DNA of 30,555 nt from an uncultured Gammaproteobacteria bacterium (GTDB taxonomy: Bacteria; Patescibacteriota; Microgenomatia; Daviesbacterales; UBA10151): positions 1 through 30,555 of the forward strand of contig CAYIDT010000001.1 of the NCBI GenBank assembly GCA_964362265.1. The letters run 5' to 3'. Under the pieces are notes generated by a model. That model was not told where the DNA came from. It ran no database searches and worked only from the letters and a program-made list of their open reading frames with translations. The position numbers and the translations under genes are program-made. This document shows, one piece after another, positions 7,621 to 15,765 of this stretch; position 1 is the first letter of the stretch, and each line of letters opens with the position of its first letter.

Positions 7621-9489
7621 TTATATATCAAACTTAAATTCTCTATCTCTATCCAGCTTAAAATCTTTTCTTTGGGAGCCGTTAAGTTTAACTTTATATT
7701 GAAAATCTTTTGCTCCGGGTTGTTTCTGAATCTTTAATTTATACTCATCTTTTGGACTATATAGAATTTCATATTCTATTTCCAGCTTTCTAGAATTTTG
7801 CGGCCTAACCGTTATAAAAGCCTCAAAAACGCTCTTTCCCAGCTCATCCCCAATTTGTCTTACCCCATCCTCTGATCCTCTACCTGAGATCAACTTACTT
7901 CCAATTGGCACATAAAATCTAACATAATCTCTGTTTATCCCGTTTAACCAAACTCCAAACCCTTGAGGATTTTTATATTCTATATTGATCTTTTTAGTAA
8001 CTTTTCCTTTATCAAATTTGATTTCCTGGGTGACTGTTTGTTCTACATAAAGATTTGATTTTCCTCCAGCAAAGTTAGAATCATTAATATGCAAAAAGTC
8101 TCCATCAAAGTCTTGAATTTCCCCTATCCAGTTTAGTTTTGCAAGTGCGCTTTGAGTTTTTTGATCATGCATATAAAACATAATATGTTTATGATTTGCA
8201 AGCCTTACAATCGTTTCTATTGCTTGCGGAATTTTTTCTGTTTCCGTACCAACAAGTTTTGCCAAAATCTGAGACATTAAAACTCCAAGTATTGCTTTTC
8301 TATCCTGAGTACCTTTAGCTGCAATTTCAGCATAATTTTCCAGTTCATATATAACGTTTGGACAATTGCAACGATGATCTACTTTGGAAGAATAAGGAGT
8401 ACCAAAAACATCAATTTCCCCAGTGACATCAATTAGTTCCTCAACAACTTGGGAATCTATATAAATAATCCCATCAAAGGGGAGTCCCTGTCCTAAATAC
8501 TCATACATCCTTTCAAATTCCTTTGCAGATGAAGGTAGATCAGGTGAAAGATTGGAATCCCTCATACTCCAGGCTTGCCTTGGTTGCCCTGAAACCTCAG
8601 GTAAATATCTAACGATAGGAGAAGGGGGCTTGAGAGGACAAACTTTGGATTCACAGGTACCTAGCAACCGCTCATCAAGCCTGTATATATCATCAGATAC
8701 AGTTGTTGTTATTTGACCTTTATCAACCTTTAAAAAGGCGTAGGCTGTAATAAAACCCCCTGTTGGGCGGATTTCCTTGTCATTTTGAAAAAGCAAAAGG
8801 TAGGTTTTAGGCTGAGCCTGCCCTAAAGTAGAGGGTGCAAGCGCCAGCACATCAATGTTGTCTGTAGCTGCCAAATAAACCCCTGTTATAAAATTCCTGA
8901 GGACTGAGATAGTTGACCTTGCAGGAAAACCTAGTAAATTTTCTGGCCATTTTTCGCCGTTAACATCTTTTACATCTTCTTTGGCCTTTTTAAGGTTGTC
9001 TTCTACTTTATCAAGCAGGGGAATTGTTTGATCCAAAACATTAATTAATTGTGAAACTCTATCCTGAGAAGGTATGGGTTTTCCCAGAAATCCAAGCTTT
9101 TCTTCTTTTGGCTTTAAATCCGCCAAAATCACCTCAACTGCTTTTAGCTCCTCCAATCCTCCTGAAGTAATACCTTTAACATCACTGTAATAACCACCAA
9201 TAATTGGAATAAACCTGAGCCAAAAAAGAAAATTAATAGAGGAATCTATTTTTAGGGCAGCATTTTTGATTGAGGAGGTCTCAACCTGAATTTGACCAAA
9301 ATTCTGATTCTGATAAGCAGAAGCTAGGGCTTTGCCATGGAGTTGGGCCTCTTTCACTCCTGAATAGGCCATATTTATGGGTACTCCCAAAACTAAACCT
9401 AAAAATATCAAAAACACTAAAAGCCGTACGAGAATTTTCCTTCCATTCCTTTTTGGTCTGGAGTATTTTCTATTCAAATTAATAATCAT
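7621..9489 (-). CDS. DUF4012 domain-containing membrane-anchored protein, 622 aa
   Basis: N-terminal TM, helical stalk, then family motifs YLLLFQNDKEIRPTGGFI, RDSNLSPDLPSSA, DGIIYID, NFAGGKSN, RDYVRFYVP, IQKQPG. Recognised from motifs; no search was run. Confidence 0.85.
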   Translation of the reverse strand: MIINLNRKYSRPKRNGRKILVRLLVFLIFLGLVLGVPINMAYSGVKEAQLHGKALASAYQNQNFGQIQVETSSIKNAALKIDSSINFLFWLRFIPIIGGYYSDVKGITSGGLEELKAVEVILADLKPKEEKLGFLGKPIPSQDRVSQLINVLDQTIPLLDKVEDNLKKAKEDVKDVNGEKWPENLLGFPARSTISVLRNFITGVYLAATDNIDVLALAPSTLGQAQPKTYLLLFQNDKEIRPTGGFITAYAFLKVDKGQITTTVSDDIYRLDERLLGTCESKVCPLKPPSPIVRYLPEVSGQPRQAWSMRDSNLSPDLPSSAKEFERMYEYLGQGLPFDGIIYIDSQVVEELIDVTGEIDVFGTPYSSKVDHRCNCPNVIYELENYAEIAAKGTQDRKAILGVLMSQILAKLVGTETEKIPQAIETIVRLANHKHIMFYMHDQKTQSALAKLNWIGEIQDFDGDFLHINDSNFAGGKSNLYVEQTVTQEIKFDKGKVTKKINIEYKNPQGFGVWLNGINRDYVRFYVPIGSKLISGRGSEDGVRQIGDELGKSVFEAFITVRPQNSRKLEIEYEILYSPKDEYKLKIQKQPGAKDFQYKVKLNGSQRKDFKLDRDREFKFDI

Positions 9490-10124
9490 TAAACCGCTCC
9501 TTTACCAGATAAAACAGCTGGTATAGTTTTTAAAAGAAGCCATAAATCGTAAGATATTGACTTCTTTTCCACATACTTGGCATCCATCTGAACTCTTTTA
9601 TCAAAATTAATCTCTGATCTTCCTGAAACTTGCCATACTCCTGTAATCCCGGGTTTACCGGATAAAATAATTTTAACAAATTTCCTGGAACTTGGGTACT
9701 TTACCTGTTGTTCCTCCAATTCAAATGGGTAATATGCCCTTGGCCCGACTAGACTCATTTCTCCTCTTAAAACATTAATGAGTTGCGGAAGTTCATCAAG
9801 GGAACTCTTTCTAATCCACCTCCCCACATGAGTAATCCTGGGGTCTTCATCAATCGGAAGTTTATAGCTATTTTTTTTATATTTTTCCAAAAGCTGCGGA
9901 TTATTATTTAACAACTCTTGTGCCCCAAGTATCATGGATCTAAACTTATACATTCTAAAAAGTTTACCATCTTTACTAACTCTCATCGGAATATCTGCAA
10001 AAATCGGACCCTTTGAATCAAGTTTTATGAAGAGCGAAATAAATAAAAAAAACGGTGAGAGTAAGCTAAGACCTATTATAGATCCAAAAATATCAATAAT
10101 CCTTTTGGCAAAATCATACATCAT
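9489..10124 (-). CDS. Small monotopic priming phosphoglycosyl transferase (Bac_transf; PglC/WcaJ C-terminal-like), 211 aa
   Basis: KRIIDIFGS, IKLDSKGP, FRMYKFRSM, DPRITHVGRWIRKSSLDELPQLINVLRGEMSLVGPR, KPGITGVWQVSGRS. Asp-Glu catalytic dyad present. Confidence 0.93.
   Translation of the reverse strand: MMYDFAKRIIDIFGSIIGLSLLSPFFLFISLFIKLDSKGPIFADIPMRVSKDGKLFRMYKFRSMILGAQELLNNNPQLLEKYKKNSYKLPIDEDPRITHVGRWIRKSSLDELPQLINVLRGEMSLVGPRAYYPFELEEQQVKYPSSRKFVKIILSGKPGITGVWQVSGRSEINFDKRVQMDAKYVEKKSISYDLWLLLKTIPAVLSGKGAV
9497..9502 (-). promoter_or_regulatory. Shine-Dalgarno site for the DUF4012 gene, inside the upstream CDS
   Basis: AAGGAG, 7 nt before the ATG at 9489. Confidence 0.6.
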
Positions 10125-10146
10125 TTTTAGCTTTGTTACATATAGT

Positions 10147-11160
10147 TTACCCTAAGTTAGCAAGTACCTGCTTAAAATTTTTTAAAAAGCTAGCTTTACT
10201 AAAGCTGGCAGCGTTTTTACAACAATCAATCGCTTTAATTTGATTCTTCAGACTATTAAAACGTATTATGGCCAAACTTAAACTCTCTATTGTTTGCTCG
10301 TCAAAAAAAATACCAGTTTTACCTTCAATGACTGTTTCCATTGCACCGCCTTTTCTATATGCAATAACCGGTTTACCTAAAGCTTGAGCCTCCAGTGCAG
10401 TTATTCCAAAGTCTTCTTCCCCAGGAATAATTAATGCTTTACAATCTGCAAGTACTTTAATAACTTCAGCATCTTCCAACCCCCCTGATATGATTTTTAG
10501 TGGAAGATTCAATCTCTTGCAGGTTTTTATAGCCAAATCAAACCGTTTATACTTGGTAGGCCTACCCACTATAACAAAATAATCTCCACTTGAACTTTTT
10601 ACTTCCATAAACCTCCCAAGATCAATAAAGGGATAAACTACTTTAGAATCCATTCTATATATTTTTTTTATTCTTCTTTTTGCGTTCCCAGATCCGGCTA
10701 AAAAGTAATCAACTCGCCGAGCACTCACAACATCATAAATCCGCAGTTTACTCATTAGCAGCTCCAACCATCCATAGGAAGTCTCTCCTGAAAAATGCCA
10801 TAAAAATCTGGGTGGGGTATGACAATAACAAACATGAGTTGTCCCGGGTTTTGTGATAATTGATTTTGCAAATCTGGTTGTATTAGAAATAACTAAATTA
10901 AATCCGGAAAAATCAAACTGTTCAAAAGCTATTGGATAAAATGGAAGTAGCCCCTTATATAAAGTTTTCCATCCAGGAATTATCTGTAAAAAAGAAGTTT
11001 GGATTTTTTTATTTCCAAATCGTTTTGCTAACTCTTTGTTATTTTGATCAAAAACTGATGTATAAATCGGAGCATCAGGATATATTTCACAAATTGCCTC
11101 AAGTACCCTCTCTGCCCCTCCCCATTGCACTAAATCATCATGAACTATGGCTACACGCAT
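10147..11160 (-). CDS. Glycosyltransferase family 4 (WbaZ-like), 337 aa
   Basis: MRVAIVHDDLVQWGGAERVL, CYCHTPPRFLW, EX7E motif EDFGITALE. Confidence 0.92.
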   Translation of the reverse strand: MRVAIVHDDLVQWGGAERVLEAICEIYPDAPIYTSVFDQNNKELAKRFGNKKIQTSFLQIIPGWKTLYKGLLPFYPIAFEQFDFSGFNLVISNTTRFAKSIITKPGTTHVCYCHTPPRFLWHFSGETSYGWLELLMSKLRIYDVVSARRVDYFLAGSGNAKRRIKKIYRMDSKVVYPFIDLGRFMEVKSSSGDYFVIVGRPTKYKRFDLAIKTCKRLNLPLKIISGGLEDAEVIKVLADCKALIIPGEEDFGITALEAQALGKPVIAYRKGGAMETVIEGKTGIFFDEQTIESLSLAIIRFNSLKNQIKAIDCCKNAASFSKASFLKNFKQVLANLG

Positions 11161-12239
11161 TTTTGATATACCTCCAATGTTTGTTTGGCCATTTTTTGAA
11201 AGTTAAAAAGTTTAACTCTTTTTCTACCTTTTTCTATCAATTCATTCCTCAAGCTAAAGTTACTTAGCATATGCGAAATATTGTTAGCCATATCATTAAT
11301 GTCCCGGGAATTAAAGTACAAAGCAGCATTACCACCCACTTCTCTTAATGAACCAATATCCGAACAAACAACCGGACAACCTAGGGCCATTGCCTCTAAA
11401 ACCGGAAGCCCAAATCCTTCTTCAAATGATGCCGTTACGAAACATTTAGCATTTTTATATAAAGCAACCAGTTCTTTGTCTGCTATATATCCGGTATAGA
11501 TAATATCAGGATTTTTAAATTCTTTTTTTATTCTTTGCCAAAAATAATTATCTTTTCCAGATAAAACAAGTTTCAAATTACTTTCTTTTAATTTCAAAAA
11601 CGCTTTTATTAACCCTTCCACATTTTTATGCGGATGAGCATTACCTACATACAATATATATGGGGATCTAACCCCACTTAGTAACTCATCATTTTTTTTC
11701 GATCGAAAAAAAATGTCATCAACTGCTTCTGGGGTTACTAATATTTTGGACCTACTTATTCTCCATTCGTTAATTAATTGTTTTTTTACAAATTCCGACG
11801 GGGTAAAAATTTTTTCTGAATTCCTAAGAGCGAATTCAAAAACTTTTGTGTATCCTAACTTCTTTATTCTAAAAGTTAAAGGGTCGTGGAAACTTGTATT
11901 TCTAGTTGAATGATGCTGGTGAATTAAATCATGAATTGTTACAACAAATTTTCCACCATAGAAAATGGGCACATTAAAATGAGGAAAATGAACTAGGTCC
12001 GGCTTAATTTTGTTTAAAATTTGGGGCAAAAATATTTGTTCTTTAACTGTATACCATTTAAAATCAGCCAAAACTTTATAGAAATTCTGATTAAAATTCA
12101 GACTATAATAATCGTCTTTCAATAACAAAATATAATATTCATTTTTTTTATCCAGTTTTTGTAACTCATTAATTAAATTCCGTAAATACCTACCAATTCC
12201 CGAAGCATTTATCATCCTGGCATCTATTGCAATTCTCAT
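11151..12239 (-). CDS. Glycosyltransferase family 4 (MtfB-like), 362 aa
   Basis: MRIAIDAR..SGIGRY, VTIHDL, YVGNAHPHKN, EGFGLPVLEAMALGCPVV. Confidence 0.93.
   Translation of the reverse strand: MRIAIDARMINASGIGRYLRNLINELQKLDKKNEYYILLLKDDYYSLNFNQNFYKVLADFKWYTVKEQIFLPQILNKIKPDLVHFPHFNVPIFYGGKFVVTIHDLIHQHHSTRNTSFHDPLTFRIKKLGYTKVFEFALRNSEKIFTPSEFVKKQLINEWRISRSKILVTPEAVDDIFFRSKKNDELLSGVRSPYILYVGNAHPHKNVEGLIKAFLKLKESNLKLVLSGKDNYFWQRIKKEFKNPDIIYTGYIADKELVALYKNAKCFVTASFEEGFGLPVLEAMALGCPVVCSDIGSLREVGGNAALYFNSRDINDMANNISHMLSNFSLRNELIEKGRKRVKLFNFQKMAKQTLEVYQKCV
11170..11175 (-). promoter_or_regulatory. Shine-Dalgarno site for the WbaZ-like GT4, inside the upstream CDS
   Basis: GGAGGT, 9 nt before the ATG at 11160. 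Confidence 0.6.
11690..11715. repeat. Perfect 26-bp palindrome inside a GT4 gene
   Basis: CATTTTTTTTCGATCGAAAAAAAATG is its own reverse complement. Confidence 0.95.
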
Positions 12240-12240
12240 C

Positions 12241-13107
12241 TCAAACCACCATTTCCCTTTTTGCCAAAAACCATTTTATATTAATTGCCAAATATACTAT
12301 CCAATTTATGAAAAAAGGATAACTACCTTCCAGATGTTTTTTATAAAAGATTTTCATGGTTAAATAAAAAGCATCTAATGACCGCTTCCGCGTTTCGATA
12401 TCAGCAGTAGTTATCTTTTGGGAGTGTTTTTTTAAGCCCGATGATACCCCTTTATAATGGATAATATGTACCTCTGGAACATACATTATTTTAAATCCTG
12501 CTTGTTTTATACGCATACTTAAATCTAGATCCTCAGCATACATAAAATAATCTTCATCAAATAAACCAACTTTTTCTAAAACTGATTTTCTTGTTAGGAA
12601 AAAGGATCCGGAAATCCCATCTACTTCGTGAGGTTTATCCATTGGTTTTCCTGATAGATGATACAAACTATCATGACCTAAAAAATAAAGTAAAGAAGCC
12701 AAGGGTGTTGGTAATCCTCGATGGGCTGCCCAGTCCAAACTTCCATCTGAAAGAACTACCTTACAACTAGCTGCTCCAACATTGGGATTTTTATCCATGA
12801 AATTAATCATATAAGATAAAACGTCTCTTGTTATTTCTGTATCAGGATTAAGAATTAACACATATTCTGAATAAATTTTTTTCAGAACTAAATTATGCGC
12901 TTTTGCAAAACCTAAATTAATCTTGCTTTCAATAAAGTTCACCCATTGAAATTTCTCTTTTGCCAAAACCAGGCTATTATCTGTTGAAGCATTATCAACT
13001 ACATAAACTTCAAAACTCCCCTCATCTTTAATATCCTCCAAAGATTTTAGTAAGTGGCTCAAATACCTATCGGTATTAAAATTGACTATACTAATTGTGA
13101 GTTTCAT
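12241..13107 (-). CDS. Glycosyltransferase family 2 (WbbL/rhamnosyltransferase-like), about 288 aa
   Basis: ISIVNFNT, VVDNASTD, NLGFAKAHN, LNPDT, FDEDYFMYAEDLD. An alternative ATG at 13119 adds 4 aa. Confidence 0.9.
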   Translation of the reverse strand: MKLTISIVNFNTDRYLSHLLKSLEDIKDEGSFEVYVVDNASTDNSLVLAKEKFQWVNFIESKINLGFAKAHNLVLKKIYSEYVLILNPDTEITRDVLSYMINFMDKNPNVGAASCKVVLSDGSLDWAAHRGLPTPLASLLYFLGHDSLYHLSGKPMDKPHEVDGISGSFFLTRKSVLEKVGLFDEDYFMYAEDLDLSMRIKQAGFKIMYVPEVHIIHYKGVSSGLKKHSQKITTADIETRKRSLDAFYLTMKIFYKKHLEGSYPFFINWIVYLAINIKWFLAKREMVV

Positions 13108-14287
13108 AAAGTTCTTCATAAATTCCGCTTAATTTTTCAGCTATAGCTTTATAGGAATATTTTTCCTTAATGAGTTTTCTTGCATTTTCGGCAATTTTTT
13201 TGTAAAGATTTTTATCTTGAAGCAATTTAACTGCCATCTTCGCAAGTTGTTCCTCTGAGTTTCCTACCAAGACAGATTGGTTGTTTTCTGCATCAATTCC
13301 TTCAATTCCTATCGGTGTTGTTACAACAGGCAAATTGGATGCCATAGCACCAAGAATTTTAAGTCTGGTGCCTCCGGGTCCATATAAAGGAGCAAGTAAA
13401 ATGCCTGAGGTCTGATACGCCTCTTTCACACCATCTATATCATCAATTTTTAGGTTTTTCAAACTTATTCCTTCACTTTGCAGATTTTCGACTTTTTCTG
13501 TATTTTGACCTGCTATCAAAATTTTCGCATCGGATAAAACTTTAACAATATTTGGAAAAACAACCCTTGCTAAAATTCTAGCAGCTTCTATATTTTGAAG
13601 CCATGCATAATTTCCCATAAAAAGAATTGTTTTATTAAAATGGAGAGGGACATTTTCCATTAAATCCTCTCCTACACCATTAGACACAACCTCGACCTTA
13701 AGCCCCTTCACAAGTTTTTTCATAACTTCTGCATCTCTCTCTGATACAGCCACAACTTTTGATGCTTTTTTCCAATAATATGTCTCCCAGAATTTTATTT
13801 TTAATACGTCTAAAAAAAGTAAAGGTCTTAAAGCAGGCCACTTAAAATTTTTTACGAAGTGTAAATAGACTTCATATTCGATTGTCTGATCTACCAAAAC
13901 AATCGGAATCCTTGTTTTTGGAATATGTGGGCTAACATAAAAAGTTTCAGCATGTATAATATCAAAATCTTCTGTATTTAAAAGATCTTTTACCTCCTCT
14001 TTTTCTTCTACTGAATAATTTCTAATTACCAAAAAGGGGAAAGTGCTGAAACCTGTCTTTAAAATATTTGACAGCGTCCAGGGTTTTTCTGCCCTTTTAA
14101 AAACTAAAACTTTCTCACAGTACTTTTCTAGCTGGTTAACATATTTTTTTTCATCTTCATACTTAATTAGTGAACACAGGGTAATTTTATGTTTTTTTGA
14201 TAACTCCCTAATTAAATTATATGAGCGGATCTGACCTCCAGATGAAGGCGGATAGGGTAAATATGGGGTGAGCATAAGTATCTTCAT
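13091..14287 (-). CDS. Glycosyltransferase family 4, 398 aa
   Basis: MKILMLTPYLPYPPSSGGQIRSYNL N-terminus and C-terminal APLYGPGGTRLKIL-AMASNLPVVTT, typical of a GT4 subfamily. The nucleotide-binding Glu is replaced (see findings). Confidence 0.88.
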   Translation of the reverse strand: MKILMLTPYLPYPPSSGGQIRSYNLIRELSKKHKITLCSLIKYEDEKKYVNQLEKYCEKVLVFKRAEKPWTLSNILKTGFSTFPFLVIRNYSVEEKEEVKDLLNTEDFDIIHAETFYVSPHIPKTRIPIVLVDQTIEYEVYLHFVKNFKWPALRPLLFLDVLKIKFWETYYWKKASKVVAVSERDAEVMKKLVKGLKVEVVSNGVGEDLMENVPLHFNKTILFMGNYAWLQNIEAARILARVVFPNIVKVLSDAKILIAGQNTEKVENLQSEGISLKNLKIDDIDGVKEAYQTSGILLAPLYGPGGTRLKILGAMASNLPVVTTPIGIEGIDAENNQSVLVGNSEEQLAKMAVKLLQDKNLYKKIAENARKLIKEKYSYKAIAEKLSGIYEELYETHN

Positions 14288-15765
14288 GGCTCTTTATCAT
14301 CCGCAGTTAATGGTTTCTCAATCCTTGTTAAATCCGCTATTACAAACCTTGGATTATCTTCTAGGATTTTAAAATGGCGCAAAACCCAATTAGTTTTATC
14401 ATCCCTGTTTACAGAAACATAATGGGTAACTCCATATCTTGAAACAAGCTCCAGTACTGGGAATGCTCCAACTGGAAAACCTGGTCTGTTTATATGATAT
14501 AAAAAAGCGTTGTCACCATTATATGGGGCTAAAACTAAAGCTTCTTTTGGTAAAATTTTATCAGCAAAAATACCAGCTTCTATAATGGGCGGATTATTTA
14601 TTTTATACAGTTCCTTTACTTGTGTCCAGGTAAAGTAAATAGATAAAGGCAAAAAAATTAATGCTAAAATAATTGTAAAAATTCTTGGAACAAAACCACT
14701 AATACCTTTTATTAAGTTTATAAATCCTACTGCCACAAAAATAGATGCCACAGGAACAAAAATAAATTGATAATAATCATGTCTTACATTTCCTGTTGCA
14801 AAAATTATAAAGTAAAGAAAAAAAGAAAGAGCAAATATATGGAAAAAAAAGTTACCATTTCTAGGACGAAGCAGAAATCCTAGGAAAAATAAAAATGATC
14901 CAGTTACACCTAAAATTTCCCTTCCTATTCGCTCAGAAATAATCCACCACCAAAAGCTAGGCCTAAATCTTATTTCATCTCCATTAAGAAGCCAATTAGA
15001 TGCAGGGATACCTTCTGGAGTTTGTAATATCCAGGCTCTCCAAAAAATAAACGGTAAAATTCCTAACAGTACAAAGTTTAAGTATTTTAGAGGTATCGGC
15101 CAGATTTTTCCTTGCTTTTTTAAGGCAGAGTAAATAAGTGGTAAGACAAAAAAGATAGCCCAAGGTTTTATTAAAAAGGCAGCCCATGTAAATACAAGTG
15201 CCCACCAAGTTCTCCCTCTTTTATCCCCTTCCTCCCAAATCCATCTATCAACGAAGTACATCATACCAAGGGAAAAAAATACAAAAGTTGGCTCAGGGAG
15301 CGTGGTTCTTGAGAAAAATACGTTAAATGGAAGAGTTGCAAAAACAAGTGAGGAAACTAGGGCAACTACAATACCTAGATATTTTTTAGCTAATAGATAT
15401 AGAAAAACTAAACTACCTAAAGAAAAAATGACGGAAATCAGACGATGCAATCTTTCATCCACCCCAAATAACAGATAAAATGGATAAACTGCAATGTTAT
15501 ATATTGGAAATTCTACAAACCGTAACCGACCGGGATTCGGTATAGGCCGCTCTGCTACACCGCTCATATCATCATATTTAGGCCAAAACGGATTGAATCC
15601 TTCTTTAATAAAGTTTCTTGTGACAGAAGCTGTATCTGCTTGTCTCCATGAATGCCAATCAGCTATTGGCGACTCTATTTTGTAAAGACGAAGCATCAAT
15701 CCTAGAATTAAAATCATCCCTAAATATAAATATTGATTTTTAAATATTTTTAATATTTTTTTCAT
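14284..15765 (-). CDS. GT-C fold membrane glycosyltransferase (ArnT/PMT_2-like), 493 aa
   Basis: About 11-13 hydrophobic segments. First external loop ADWHSWRQADT with acidic residues, EFPIYN, SRTTLPEP, HDYYQ, C-terminal soluble domain. Confidence 0.8.
   Translation of the reverse strand: MKKILKIFKNQYLYLGMILILGLMLRLYKIESPIADWHSWRQADTASVTRNFIKEGFNPFWPKYDDMSGVAERPIPNPGRLRFVEFPIYNIAVYPFYLLFGVDERLHRLISVIFSLGSLVFLYLLAKKYLGIVVALVSSLVFATLPFNVFFSRTTLPEPTFVFFSLGMMYFVDRWIWEEGDKRGRTWWALVFTWAAFLIKPWAIFFVLPLIYSALKKQGKIWPIPLKYLNFVLLGILPFIFWRAWILQTPEGIPASNWLLNGDEIRFRPSFWWWIISERIGREILGVTGSFLFFLGFLLRPRNGNFFFHIFALSFFLYFIIFATGNVRHDYYQFIFVPVASIFVAVGFINLIKGISGFVPRIFTIILALIFLPLSIYFTWTQVKELYKINNPPIIEAGIFADKILPKEALVLAPYNGDNAFLYHINRPGFPVGAFPVLELVSRYGVTHYVSVNRDDKTNWVLRHFKILEDNPRFVIADLTRIEKPLTADDKEP

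Noticed and set aside
10125-10163. Internal promoter before the priming PGT (TTGCTA at 10163..10158 near the 22-nt gap)
   Set aside because: The hexamer at 17-nt spacing is TGTAAC, which lacks the key A(-11) and T(-7). The better TAAACT has no matching -35.
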